A stretch of 57,544 nucleotides of DNA, filler included, from Squatina squatina (Eukaryota): NCBI GenBank assembly GCA_031763465.1. It is 3 parts of 3 records of this genome, joined end to end, with 100 filler letters (N's around TTAATTAATTAA, not from the genome) between each part and the next. Parts side by side here need not be neighbours in the genome. Positions count along the whole stretch, not along the records: positions 1 to 28,612 come from JARFOE010000203.1; positions 28,713 to 42,114 come from JARFOE010000073.1; 1 more part is not named here. One strand, written 5' to 3'. Positions 25,163 through 38,736 of the stretch are shown in pieces. Positions within the stretch are counted from its first letter, which is position 1. Each line of letters opens with the position of its first letter. The position numbers and the translations under genes are program-made. A model generated the notes under the pieces. It was given only the letters and a program-made list of their open reading frames with translations, was not told the DNA's origin and did not search any database.

Positions 25163-25660
25163 CTTTGGGACATGGGACAGGGATTGCTCAAGGCTGGAGT
25201 AGAATTCCTCTTTGGCCCCGTCCATTGCTTCTAGTCGGGACATATGCACTGATGACCGTGGTGTGCTGGTTCCGGGTTAGGATGAGTTGAAGGATCATGA
25301 GGCCTTCGCTTATCCCACAAGGGGGCTCGCTAAAGTGCCTGACAAGTTCATTTGTTGTGGTGAAGCCAACCCCATGGAGACAGCATTCTTCCTCTGGTTT
25401 ACCTTTGAAGAAGAAGGCGTCTCCACCGCCTTGTTCCTTGAGCTCGCCTTCTCCTGCCCGCCGTGCCTCACTCAGGGCAGTGATGTCTATGTCGTAACAT
25501 CTGAGTTCCTGGGCTATGATAGCGGTGCAGTGTTCAGGTCTGTTGCTGTTGGGGTTATCCATGAGGGTCCTGACGTTACAGGTCCAAACTTCATTTTGAA
25601 GGGGTGGAAGGTGCCTGTGCGTGAGTTCTTTTAACGTTGGGTGGCCATTGCACACCAGCT
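25163..25660 (-). mobile_element. RTE-clade LINE, APE endonuclease N-terminus (degenerate)
   Basis: CNVRTLMDNPNSNRPE..TAIIAQELRCYDIDITALSE.R...EGELKEQGGG..FFFKGKP...HGVGF...VISAYVPT, then KEEFYSSL in another frame. Typical of RTE endonucleases. Confidence 0.85.
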
Positions 25661-25942
25661 ACCACACAGTCTTGGCAGAGCAAAGTCTTCGCCCAAAGCA
25701 AGGAGGTTCGAGATGATTGAAGACCAGGCTCTGCTGCATGAACTAACACACACTCGCACATATTCCCCCGATCCTCCTTTACCCCTACCCCAGCCTCTGG
25801 CTCTCCCAGCCTCCAGCTCCATGGGCCTCGTTCCCCTGCTCCNNNNNNNNNNNNNNNNNNNNNNNNNNNNNNNNNNNNNNNNNNNNNNNNNNNNNNNNNN
25901 NNNNNNNNNNNNNNNNNNNNNNNNNNNNNNNNNNNNNNNNNN

Positions 25943-26195
25943 ATGGTAATGGTAGAGTGAGGGATATGCAAGGCCATGAAGTTCCAGATTGTAGTAATAA
26001 AATTCTGCTGCTGCTGATGGCCCACAGTGCCTCATGGATGCCCAGTTTTGTGCTGCTAGAGCTGTTCTGAATCTATCCCATTTAGCATGGTGGTTGTACC
26101 ACACAACAAGATGGAAGGTGTCATCAGTGTAAAGATGGGAATTCATCTCCACAATGACTGTGTGGAGATCACTGCTACCAATGCTGTTCACAGTA
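25943..26195 (-). mobile_element. Non-LTR retrotransposon fragment (end of endonuclease and linker)
   Basis: IGSSDLHTV...VVWYNHHAKWDRFRTALAAQNWASMRHCGPSAAAE, a degenerate SDH motif followed by a W..F...L...W linker. Confidence 0.65.
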
Positions 26196-26229
26196 CAAGA
26201 CCATGTAGGCTCTGCCACCAAAGTGGAAT

Positions 26230-26505
26230 GGAATAAATGAGGGGATGCAGATTTCTGACCCAGAAGAACAAGAGGATTGTGAGCAGCGATGGAGGGCTGA
26301 ATCAGATCACAAGGAAAGAGTGCGAAAGGTCGTGGAGCGAGGAGATGAGAAGTCATTCGGGTCCGGTGTAAATAGGGGCAAGATGCAGAGTTGCGGATGA
26401 GTTGGAATCTGACACAGGTGAGATCGGGAAACCTGTGAGAGGGAGTTGAAGAAATAGAGCCTGGAGGTGACAAAGGTGGGTAAGACAATATTAAGAAATG
26501 TGTTT
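26230..26505 (-). mobile_element. L2 LINE reverse-transcriptase C-terminal remnant
   Basis: Frameshifted FVTSRLYFFNSL and FQLIRNSAS resemble the L2 motifs FVTSRLDYSNSLL and LQLIQNSAA. Confidence 0.55.
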
Positions 26506-28612
26506 CCACTCAACTTCCATTATTAGGGAACTTCCCTGATGGTTTTCGTAGGTAGATACTTTGCAAGTGTGGAATAGAGGCTAGATGATCTGGAGGAAAA
26601 TTGGAGAAGTACTTGAAAAGAATACAGGAGAGGGCAGGGAAATGGGATTGCAGCGGATAGCTCCTGTTGATTAGCTAGTATTCGCACAGATAGGTTGGGC
26701 TGAATGGCCTTCTTCTGTGCTGTAATTTCTAGGATTCTGTAATATTTTAAATTGGTACCAAATACTTCAGAGGGAATTTGCTGACAAATTGTTAAACCAG
26801 TCAATGTGAGTGTGTAAATGGATCTCCCATTCTTCCTTCCTTCTATCAAGGAAAATCCATTGCTTCTGCTCACTGTATTCCCCAGAGGGACTGGCTGAGA
26901 TTTGGAATTTGTCCTTGAGACAAATTGGGAGGAAGAATGTGTGTCATTGACACAAAGCACCACAAAATGGTCCTCATATTGCTTTCCCCCTCCCATGACC
27001 CCTTTATGACAGAAACCACATTGGCAAAATCTGCTTTATACAAACCACTTTCATTCTGAAAAGTTCCTTCAACGCAGTCCTTACATACAAAGCAGCATGG
27101 TTGGAAACCAACAATAATTTTTATCTGACCGGGTACACATTCGCTGGAACAGTTTGAAGTAGGAATCTGTTTGGAATAAGAAAATAATAATTATAAACTT
27201 TAAAAAGAATATGTTCCTTTTTTTATGTAGAATATTTACTCTTGAAGGAGCTATCAACTTTCATAAAGGGTCAGTTCTTAGGGGCAGCACCATATGGGAT
27301 AAGAAGGTCCCTGCTCCCATTCCTGTTCTATGTTGAGTTAGATGACCCCAAACTGAGGTAGCTGTTGGGTTGGAACAAAAGGTCTNNNNNNNNNNNNNNN
27401 NNNNNNNNNNNNNNNNNNNNNNNNNNNNNNNNNNNNNNNNNNNNNNNNNNNNNNNNNNNNNNNNNNNNNNNNNNNNNNNNNNNNNTAACAGTCAATCTAT
27501 TTTTAACTCATGTCGGCCAGGTTTCCCAGGCCTCAGGAAACCCGGCAGGTGAAAAGAGGCAAGAAGGGCTGAATCCATGAGGTAATTGCCTTTACAGCAC
27601 TGCTTGTGGGCCAGGAGGAGCAGGAGTGTTTCCTTCAGTAAAACCGCACCGCAATCTGTCTGCTCATCCCCCCGACCAACAATGGAACTTCCACCCCATC
27701 GACCGCCATCGGACACCCCTCTCCCTCCAGCACTCTCTGCTCCCCGCCACCCGACCATCATCGAACCCCCTAACACCCATCTACCCCACTCCGCGTTCAG
27801 ACCCCATGACCACCATTGGACCCCACCCCTCAGCAATCGGAAACCCCTGACCACCATCGGACCCCGCCCGTGATCGGAACCAGCCCACAATCGGAATTCC
27901 AACCCCGCCATGATCGGAAACTCTCCCCGCAACCCCCACTAGACCTACCTGCGCTCAAGTCAGTTTGGCTCTGGCATTTTGCTGTAGGAGTTCCCACCCG
28001 ACAAGCCTCTAGCCTGTCAATCAGGGAAACCTAAAGAACAAAATTTAAAGACGTAACTGCTGGACGTGTTGGGGAAACCTGTATTTCCGGCTTTCTGACC
28101 TCAAAACTGCAACCTCCCCCACCCCCAACACAGAATGTGCCTCCAAGCTAAAATCCAGGCTTTTGTCACTAAGCACACTCTCTTCATGCTTATACTGGAA
28201 AGTCATTGAAACAGCGAAGGTAAAGGGCCGAGTTCAACTCTCGGCAGGGTCATGCGCGTTGAGGCTGAGGTAGATAGCAAACTGTCATGCTCTTTGCAAT
28301 GTGTAGCCCAGGAGATTTTAACTCCTGGACCTCGTCTGAACAGGCCCCATCAGTCTCCCGCCCAAACCCAGCGCTAAGCGCTGGTGGCTGGTGGATAAGA
28401 GTGGGATTTTGGGAGGCTGGAGGCTGCCGCGAGAGACCCCAAGGAATGGTCCTCAGCACTTCAGGGTCATGGTGGTGAGTGGGGGTCAGGAAGGCATCAC
28501 GTTTGGGGTAGGGGATGGGATGCCCAAAGTTTCCTTGTGGGGTTTGGACCTCGGCCAGCCTCCTGTTGTTGCCACGGTGACTTCCCTACGCAGGCTTTGA
28601 GAACATTCTGGA

Positions 28613-28712
28613 NNNNNNNNNNNNNNNNNNNNNNNNNNNNNNNNNNNNNNNNNNNNTTAATTAATTAANNNNNNNNNNNNNNNNNNNNNNNNNNNNNNNN
28701 NNNNNNNNNNNN
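28613..28712. other. Assembly spacer: 44 N + TTAATTAATTAA + 44 N
   Basis: A 12-mer with stops in all six frames, centred in a 100-bp gap. Identical structure at 42115-42214. Confidence 0.95.
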
Positions 28713-29269
28713 AATCCATTTCAACTTATTATGCTGCAATTTCAAACAGCGCTTTTTTGTTTGATTAAAAATGACATGTTACATATGTGAAAAAGCCAAT
28801 CCCTCCTGCTAGCAAATATCCAGGATGTGCAATAAACCACAGGCAACCAGGAATTAACCAAATGTCAGCAGAGAGCCCTTTCCTTACCTGCTCATCCTCA
28901 AAATAGACAATTAGCCACCAGCCATCCTTTACAGACAGAGCAGCTCTGCGGATGATCCGCAAGAGGCCTACGGCTAGCTCTCCCGTCTTGTAGCTGTCAG
29001 AGCAATAACTCTTTGATCTATCTGGGAGGTCGTGCAGACATTAGTTTAAGTTGAAGCCTTAGAGTGCACAGGTTTGTGCCTGCTTCTTGTACTTGAGTTT
29101 TTTTTAAAAAAAACAGCATTATTAACACTATGTTAAACTACATTAATTTGTCAAATCTTTCCAACCAGGTAATCAAGATAGAACAAAGTGTGGGAGCCTG
29201 GAAGCGAATCTCCAGAGTCGTTTGGCCCATAGTCAGTTATCCATTACTTTCATAGCTTGAGAATACAAT

Positions 29270-29455
29270 GGCCCAGAAATTCGTCACGGGTGGTGGCGCA
29301 AAACGGGCGGTATCGGATCACTTGCCCGTTATACACAGCGCCTGATATTCAATTCCGTTCCAGTCAATGGAACCAATATCAGGCATTGCGTATAACGGGC
29401 GGCTGATCAGATACCGCCCCATTTTGCACTACCGCCCATGATGGATTTCTAGGCC
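29270..29455. mobile_element. Fully palindromic ~186-bp MITE
   Basis: Left arm GGCCCAGAAATTCGTCACGGGTGGTGGCGCAAAACGGGCGGTATCGGATCACTTGCCCGTTATACACAGCGCCTGATATT pairs with the right arm along ~80 bp, mostly with transition mismatches. Confidence 0.85.
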
Positions 29456-30680
29456 ATTATATTTTTATGTAAATCAAACTAATGTGCACCACAATGCATT
29501 GCATCAGTTTGTACAAGATTCCCAAAACATACTCAACATAGAACTGTAACTTTCTATACAACTAACCACATATATCTCATCAAGTAGGCAAAGAATTAGT
29601 TATAGAGCCGCTAATCAAAGTTATTTCGTTTTCAGAGCCAATTGTGGTGTCAGTTTCTCTGGTGGATATGAACGCCATTTTAGAATTTCTGAGACACCAG
29701 GAAATAACATCATTTAAAAGGACAAGGGCTGTTTAGTGACTTTTTGTTCAAAGTACTTCTTTTTGCAGGGGAAAGTGATAGTTGCACCTTCATCGAGTTC
29801 CTCAAGTAGGATCAGTTTTCAGCTAGGTCTCTCTAATGATGTCAATCTACAAGTCCCAAAATAGGTTGATAAAAACAGTTCTGGTGCTGAGTGTCATCAG
29901 AATCTTTGAGTTGGCAATATAGCATGATTTCTGGGATAGCACCAATCCATGGCAGCTCTCAGACCAGCTTTGAGTTGAGCCTCTCCTCTATCATTTGCAA
30001 TACTGCCACTCTAGGATGTTGCCCCTCAGCTGCCCGAACACAACGGCCCTGCAGGGAGAGGGAGCCTACTCTAGAGTCTCATTGCCAAAGGTAAAATTAA
30101 CATTTAGCTTTAAAAAAAAACAGGACTATTATTACCTTCCAGAAAAGGATTATTTTGAACCGCCTCCCCTTTAGCAAGGTTGATATATGTTCAATCTGTC
30201 CTGAAGGCATTAGCAAAGCACTCTCAACATAAAACCAAATAATTTACATAGCTTTATCCCTTTTTTAAGTATACACAATCTTTATTGATATTTTATTGAT
30301 ATTCATCTTTAAACTACTGTTTTGTTTCACTGACCATTGTTACCTTAAAAAAATTTGACGAAATGCAGCTGATTAAGTCATCTACTCAATCAATTCCATC
30401 AATATCTTAGGTTTCTCCTGAATCAGTTCATGACAATAGAGGAGTCATCACACCTGTATTAACACCTGTGACCACATCTGCCTATACTAGTAATAACGTA
30501 GTTTTACAATTGGTCTACAAAGACTGACTATTTAACCTCATGAAGTTATTGAGGTCTACTTTCTGGGTTAATGACTCACAATGAAAGTCTACCAATTACC
30601 AATAGAAATAATCTGCTGTATTTATTAAAGTGAATCCCTATAAGGAGTATGTCCTATTCCATTATATTTTAAAAGACAAT

Positions 30681-31149
30681 GGAGAGGAATTGGCTAACCT
30701 CCGAAAACAGGTGTGGGGATCATGGTACACGATTAACCTGCGCACGTTCATTGTGTTGCAAGCAGCATGTTAAATTTGTGCTGCCTGATCTTTTAAATAA
30801 TTGCTGCATGCAGCCAATGTGCCCCACGCTGTTCACTGGTTGCACGCATCAGCAGGAGGCCCAATATCGCGGTGGCTAGTGCGACTTAAAGGCAGCCTGC
30901 ACCTCTTAAAGTGGAGGGTGTATTGTGGCTGAAAAAAGTGCTGGGAGTTTTTTCAAAAGACAATCTGGGCTGTGATACTTTGAACAATGACTGAACATGC
31001 AAGCAAGCACGCACCAAGGTTTTCAGATATTACAGTGGTGATCTTGGTGGAAAGAAGAACAGACATCCTTTATCCGCAGGAGGGAGCGAGGCCTTCCTGC
31101 TCAAGAGGCAGTTGGAAGCAGTAGCGGTGGAGGTCAATCGCAGTAGTGT
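30681..31149 (+). mobile_element. Harbinger Myb/SANT-bearing element, 5' part (same family as 50131)
   Basis: Shares ttaaagg/cnnncctgcacctcttaaag with about 50345. ATG 30987 gives MTEHASKHAPRFSDITVVILVERRTDILYPQEG, then a frameshifted QLEAVAVEVNRSS. Confidence 0.7.
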
Positions 31150-32267
31150 NNNNNNNNNNNNNNNNNNNNNNNNNNNNNNNNNNNNNNNNNNNNNNNNNNN
31201 NNNNNNNNNNNNNNNNNNNNNNNNNNNNNNNNNNNNNNNNNNNNNNNNNNNNNNNNNNNNNNNNNNNNNNNNNNNNNNNNNNNNNNNNNNNNNNNNNNNN
31301 NNNNNNNNNNNNNNNNNNNNNNNNNNNNNNNNNNNNNNNNCTTCTGTGCTGTATCTTTTCTATGGTTAAGCATGCTTCAAAAGTGCATACTCTCAGCAAA
31401 ATTACAGATACAAACATGGACGCTTAATACTGCAAGCACAGCAGGTTTAAATGGAAAGCATGTTTAAATATTTTTAAAAAACTAAGTGTGAGTGAACTGT
31501 TTTTGTAGTTTTAATGATTGCCCATATCCTGCACAACCTAAATAAGCACTAGTTAAACTTCCCTGAGATTTTGCATTAAGCAGATCTTCCTGCATGTATC
31601 ATTTATTACAGGTAAACTAATTGCATTAGACACAAGAATTTACAGTTGATCAAAGCAGAAACTGAAAAGAGCTGGAGCTGCACATTAACAGTTGCCCATG
31701 GCACGTTTATAATTTTTTTAAAAGCCAATCAAGCATGCAAGATTAAAATCTAGCAGACCAAACATTGAGCTGAGCTGTAAATACAAGGAACATTTGGAAT
31801 TGCTGAATGGACTGAAACCCATACTTTAACCCATTATGTAACTGAGGATCTAGCTGTTCAGAGTAAACTGCTCATTTGATAAAACTTAGAACAGACTATA
31901 AAGAAGTAGCCTAGATTCACTGGATCGACATCTGAGCAGTTATACAAGAACATAATTCAAATCAATGCAATGCAGAAAATGAATCAACCAGGAGGAATCA
32001 TTGGTGTTTGTTGAAGATAGTAACAAACACTGAGTGTTGGGGATGGAGGCAGAAAGGGTCGTAATTTCAGTTATCTACGAGCAGTGCGACACTCAATGTC
32101 ACAACATCCAATTAGTGAAAAGCTATTTTCAATTATTTGCAGTACTGTGATCCACAATAATGTTTTNNNNNNNNNNNNNNNNNNNNNNNNNNNNNNNNNN
32201 NNNNNNNNNNNNNNNNNNNNNNNNNNNNNNNNNNNNNNNNNNNNNNNNNNNNNNNNNNNNNNNNNNA

Positions 32268-32487
32268 GGCCATTTAAGACAGAGATGAGGAGGAATTTCT
32301 TCACTCAGAGGGTTGTGAATCTTTGGAATTCTCTGCCCCAGAGGGCTGTGGATGCTGAGTCTCTGAGTATATTCAAGGCTGAGACAGATAGATTTTTGGA
32401 CTCCAGGGGAAATCAAGGGATATGGAGATCGGGCGGGAAAGTGGAGCTGAGGTTGATGATTAGCCATGATCTTATTGAATGGCGGAC
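32268..32487 (+). mobile_element. CR1 LINE 3' fragment
   Basis: RPFKTEMRRNFFTQRVVNLWNSLPQRAVDAESLSIFKAETDRFL. Confidence 0.88.
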
Positions 32488-35400
32488 TAATAAAGTGCCC
32501 AGTAGGAGCTGAATGGAAGGAGCAGACACAAATGCTGGCAGTCTCTCAGGGCAGTGCCGTGTAGATTCCACCTAGCCACCCGACTCAAATGATTCATCCT
32601 GTGCTGGACAGAATAAATGACAAGACCACCACAGCAGTATCAGATGTGACATCAGCAGTTGCAGTGCCATTTCATGACCCAGCATAAGGAGGCACTGGAT
32701 CACCTCCATCTCAAGAGGTAGGCATTTGCCCCTCCCATGGTGGATGGAGCACTCGATTAGGTAATGGAAGGTATACACCATACACATTCACAAAGGGGAA
32801 GTGCAGAGGCAAAGCACATTATTAAGGAGAATAAACTGGATTTATTTGAACTGCGTCCTTAGAGATCACTTGAAATGGAGATGAATAAAAATAGCATTAG
32901 TGGAGTGGTTGGTATCCATGATAGCTACAAGTGCACCTCCCATCAGACAATTATAGAGTCACTGATGGACTCTGAAGAATCTGTGCCACAGACCATCGGC
33001 CTTCCTGGTTGAAGGAAGAGAGCAGGCAGCAAGGGATTCCTGCAGGGAAATACAGGCACGAAACTGAAATAAAATGTAAAGAATACTTAAAAAAAAAAAT
33101 CTGGACAGAAATGCAATCAAACCAGAGTAATGTACTATCTTTTAGTTAATATAATGTGTCAGTGTTGGTGGTAGAGAACAAGTAATTGAGCAGTGTGAAT
33201 TCATAAAGCTTTCTAGTCTAACAGAAAAACAATAAAGCAGCGATAACTTGTTTCATTGTCACATATAACAAGTCGAACGGAAAGCATTTTCCATTTTATC
33301 TGCTGTCACTCAGGTGCTAAATAATTTAAGTTTAGCTACATTGAAAACAAAAATCATTAAAAATGTAACTAAAGTACTGTACACTTATCCAAGCATTTTT
33401 GGCACCTTGGGATTAATGTTACAGACTAATGCTCAGATAAAGATTCATATATCTCACAAATGATTCAAATAGTTCTCTGATGTCCTGGCATACACATCAA
33501 CCAGTGCAGCAACGGGGACATATTTAGCAGCAACGAGAGGGGTAGCAATTCTACACTGCCCACTCATATCACTGTGAAGTGAAAGAGAGATCACTGCATT
33601 AATGTACTCTGTTCACTAGCTACTGACTACCAATGAAATTTCTAGTAAGTTAAAAAAGCGAACTGGATGCTATTTTCAATGAGAAACCTGTGCAGCAGAC
33701 CACTGAATGCACATTAGCCATAGTTAGACTGCAGACATTGCTTTCTGCTAGCTCCATCGGGTTATTATTTGTAAGAAATGACGCAAGCTAAGATCGGAGG
33801 TATTAGGAGTATGCAGGTTCTATGCAATGCAGCTCTGCTCTAACACAAAAGATGCAATATACTATAAAAGATTGTAACTGCAAATGATAGGCAGTAATCA
33901 AGTTGGTGGAAGAGCAGCAGCAGATAAAGAATGATGTTAGGAAGGGAAGTGATAGTGCATTCTTGACTGGAACACACAACTGGAGATTGTTGTGACTATA
34001 AAGTAATAAAACACTTGGATTCACATCTAGTTTTTCACTAAATTTCACAAAATCAGAATTGTCACCTCACATCTATGCACATGAGCTAGTCAAAGGGAGT
34101 CAATGGACAGCAACCAACACTTGGAATTATGGCTAATTAATCCCTCCCTAACTCAAGGGTGCTGAGGGCAGCTATCGTATCCCTAGTCCCATTCCAGCTG
34201 AAACCATAACGTTTATAGAAGGATCATAGAATGATACAGCACCAAAAGAGGCCATTCTGACCCCAACACTTATAAAATTAGAAAATGAGGACCTCATTTA
34301 TTGAGCAGAGCGAGATATTTTCAACAAAATGCACAAAATACCAAATAATCAGACTTGCATTGAGATATATTAAGAGTTTGTTGCTCCAAGTGTTTGTGTA
34401 GTTGCCGCAATATTTTTCTCTGAACTGTCCAATTTTGACAGTGCTCAGGTAAGGGACAGGCACTTGCAGTGAATAGTAGCACAGCATGCGACATTTCAAC
34501 AAACACAAAACTTTATGCTTCAAGAAATCATGGTGCAAATTTACCCTGGTCTCATCTACTCATCTCAATCCCGGTTGCTTCCAGGGATTCTGAACAAGTG
34601 ACATGATTAAAATCTAATGCAACCAAAACTCTCTTATGAACAGCAAATTCAATCTACTGCCAGCCATGCAGAAGTGAAAAAAATCAAACAGCTTCCCTGG
34701 AGGTACATCACTGCTGTATGCTTCATGCCACTGTGTCTAAGGTGAACTATAAGTGTCAATCATCATTAAGAATCCCCAAGGTGACAGCTCCACTTTTCAA
34801 ACCCTGTGCACAGTTTGATCGAAAGTAAAATCTTAAAGGTCAATGCAACTTGCTAAGGACATGATAAACAAAGAAAAACTGGACTGCTCTGCCATTTTCA
34901 CAGACTTATTACTTACAGCTCAAAAAACAGACAGGGAAAAGTAAAAGTTTTAAACTGATGTTTGGAAAATAGTGTATATTCCACCCAGTGCCACTTACTT
35001 GCCAGTTTACATCCTCAAGCAACAAGGAAGGATATACTGTCTCTATCACCCATGGTTAAAAAATTCAAACGACTATATAAGGCACTGATACTAAGAAACC
35101 CAAGCATCCTTTTTTTAAATTAATTCACAAGATATGGGTGTCACGGGCAAGGCTGGTATTTATTGCCCATTCCTAATTGCCCTTGCGAAGGTGGTAGTGA
35201 GCCACATTCTTGAACTGCAGCAGTCCGTGTAGTGTGTCATAACGGTTTGGTACAACTGAGTGGCTTGCTAGGCCATTTCAGAGGGCAGTTAAAAGTCAAT
35301 CACATTGCTGTGGGTTTGGAGTCATATACAGGCCAGACCAGGTAAGGACGGCAGATTTCCTTCCCTAAAGGACATTAGTGAACCAGATGGTAGTTACATG

Positions 35401-36755
35401 GTCATTAGTCCAGGCCTCTGGATTACTAGTCCAATAACATAACCACAATGCTACTGTTCCTTTCTTGCTTCCCCAAGTGTAGAGTGTTAACAATGATTTT
35501 CTCACCAATTTTCTAACAGGAGCAACACAAATTTGGTTAGAAAATTCTCATGTAAAGTGACCTAATCACAATCTGATTCAGCTCCTCTGCCTTCCGCAAC
35601 GATACAATCAAGTAGTGCGTTTCTTGCATCAAAAATCTCCAAAGATGATCAGCTGAACAGAAGAAATATAATTGGGATAGCGATTCTTATTAGGAAGGGG
35701 TCTACAATACAGTCAACTTATTTGAGTCCTTAGAGGGTTTTATACACACAATTTTTTTTTTTAGCTTGACTCAGTTGATACCACTATTGCCTCAGAGTCA
35801 AGAAGTTGTGGGCTCAAGCTCCACTCCAGGACTTGAGTACATAATCGAAGTTGGAAAACAACACCGACGGCACTGCGAAAAAGTAATCAATCTGCTGTGA
35901 AATGATCTGCAAGGCCGAGGATAAGAAAAGTACTACATTAATGTAAGTTCCTTCTTTCATAGCAGAACAAAGTAAGTGATGTGGTCAATGAAAAGGAGAT
36001 AAAGAAAAATAAGGCAAAGAAGAAAAGGGCACATAAAGTAACTTAACCCACCAGGTAGGAGCCATTGTGATGCCTGTCACTTTAAGAGATTATAGTCTCG
36101 AATCTCCGATCCTCCATTTCCATATCCTCGAAAGGCCCTGTTCAGTTCTCATTTTGGAAGGCACCCAAATCAAAATTCATAATGGGACCACCCAGAAAAC
36201 AGTTCCTTTTTTATCAAAGGAGGACAGAACATGATACCTCCAAGCTGTAATATGTGAAGACACACAACTTCTTTTATTTTGAAGAAAATTAATCAGTTCA
36301 GAGAAGAATATAAAGAAGGCTATGTGGAGGGAGCTGACAATGAGCTATATTATGAGGGAGGAAGGAAGGATATTTGGGATAAACTTTCATCTGAATGAAT
36401 GAAAAAAAAAGACTTGCATTTATATAGCGCCTTTCACAACCTCAGGACATCCCAATGAAGTACTTTTGAAGTGTGGTCACTGTTGTAATGTAGGGAAGAC
36501 TTCTTAAAGCGGAGTAACGACCTATCCCTTCATTCACTGCTCGCCACATACACAGAGGGCACTGGATGGGTGGCAAAGGATTAAAACTTGGCAATCCAAT
36601 GACAGGGTTCAGGAGATATAGTAAACCATAAGCATTTTGCTCGTCAGTTAACTGAATCTCACACTGTAAGTTACTGCCTCTGAACCACTGCCAACCAGGA
36701 AGTGCTTTTCCACAAAGTCAGTATTAGCTTTTTCTTCTCTTTGGGTAAAGGTGTA

Positions 36756-36893
36756 GGGGGCTTTTTTAACCTAACTCACCCACTGGGAAATTGATGTGAA
36801 CTAATAGAAAGGTAAATCAAGCGTGGTGTAAATCAGGTGTCCAATCTGATCCCATCAGTTCCTCATCGGGCGAGCAAGGTTAAAATTTCCCCC
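36756..36893. mobile_element. Short MITE with ~25-bp imperfect TIRs
   Basis: GGGGGCTTTTTTAACCTAACTCACCC versus the reverse complement of the right end, GGGGGAAATTTTAACCTTGCTCGCCC. Confidence 0.6.
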
Positions 36894-38574
36894 ATAAAAT
36901 GGCATGGCACCTCCCAGAATAAGGGAGTTTTCCTATTACAGAAGAATTCTAGACTGCTCTTCACCGCTGCACATTTAATAGCCTACAATATCGTCAATGA
37001 AATGCCAACATCTCATTTAGATTAAAGTTTGCATCTTTGGCCCAAATCTGAAAAGCCGAATCATAGTGATTTAGGAACCTTATCTACTTTAGGAGGTTCC
37101 TGTCCTATTTTTCTGGGAGTCAAGATGGAATTGAACACAGCTTTGCCAAACATGGTCTCATCAGGGCAACGCTTTCAAGGAGCCAGATACAGCCAATAGT
37201 GCTCATTAAGGGTGTGTGAATTACCGAGTCTGGCTGCTGTTAAGACGACTTGTGTTACCATTTCACAAAATAGCTACACGAAGAAGGTCACTTTAGCCCA
37301 ATGTCTCACAAATCTCATTCCTCGTCTGCCTTTGTAATCAGGGAAAAATATCCTCCATCCCTGGGGACTGACTTGTTTTCAACACTTCTAGCCTGTCCAG
37401 GACTTACATCTCAGTTATGTTGAAATTATGAATTCCATTGGTGTTATTGCTCTTAAGAGCGAGCATGTTATTCGTGCCTTCTNNNNNNNNNNNNNNNNNN
37501 NNNNNNNNNNNNNNNNNNNNNNNNNNNNNNNNNNNNNNNNNNNNNNNNNNNNNNNNNNNNNNNNNNNNNNNNNNNNNNNNNNNNNNNNNNNNNNNNNNNN
37601 NNNNNNNNNNNNNNNNNNNNNNNNNNNNNNNNNNNNNNNNNNNNNNNNNNNNNNNNNNNNNNNNNNNNNNNNNNNNNNNNNNNNNNNNNNNNNNNNNNNN
37701 NNNNNNNNNNNNNNNNNNNNNNNNNNNNNNNNNNNNNNNNNNNNNNNNNNNNNNNNNNNNNNNNNNNNNNNNNNNNNNNNNNNNNNNNNNNNNNNNNNNN
37801 NNNNNNNNNNNNNNNNNNNNNNNNNNNNNNNNNNNNNNNNNNNNNNNNNNNNNNNNNNNNNNNNNNNNNNNNNNNNNNNNNNNNNNNNNNNNNNNNNNNN
37901 NNNNNNNNNNNNNNNNNNNNNNNNNNNNNNNNNNNNNNNNNNNNNNNNNNNNNNNNNNNNNNNNNNNNNNNNNNNNNNNNNNNNNNNNNNNNNNNNNNNN
38001 NNNNNNNNNNNNNNNNNNNNNNNNNNNNNNNNNNNNNNNNNNNNNNNNNNNNNNNNNNNNNNNNNNNNNNNNNNNNNNNNNNNNNNNNNNNNNNNNNNNN
38101 NNNNNNNNNNNNNNNNNNNNNNNNNNNNNNNNNNNNNNNNNNNNNNNNNNNNNNNNNNNNNNNNNNNNNNNNNNNNNNNNNNNNNNNNNNNNNNNNNNNN
38201 NNNNNNNNNNNNNNNNNNNNNNNNNTCTAATTCCCCTTTTAATGAAGAATGTTTTTATCTAACGAAAATGCATTCTCAGAAATTGTATGATTCAAACCAT
38301 GCATCCCAGCAGTTTGGCCTACTCCTGCTCCTATTTCTTATGTTCTTATGTTCTTCTGTTTCATTGCAAGGAGTCATAGAAGGGAGTTGTTGTCACTAGA
38401 GGTTAAGTGCAAGGAGGGGAATCCTTTTAAGATCTGAAGACAGGAAGCCCTAGAAAAGGATGGTGCAGGAAATTTGGAGGGAGGGAGCCGCTCGAGAGAA
38501 TCCCCAAACAACATACCGCACCTATCTTAATTTTTTTTGCAAGTGAAAAGGTTTCAGCAGCCCATCCTTCGTTA

Positions 38575-38736
<162 letters not shown>

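Noticed and set aside
27492-28034. Pro-rich and Gly-rich overlapping ORFs
   Set aside because: Low-complexity C-rich interior of a non-autonomous transposon ending in aaaatccaggc at 28160.
28657-28668. TTAATTAATTAA as a piggyBac TTAA site or regulatory palindrome
   Set aside because: Centred exactly in a 100-bp N spacer, twice; an artificial linker.
37428-38399. Long ORFs in the track here and at 21311-21884, 31070-31427 and 39455-39791
   Set aside because: Composed almost entirely of N-derived X residues.
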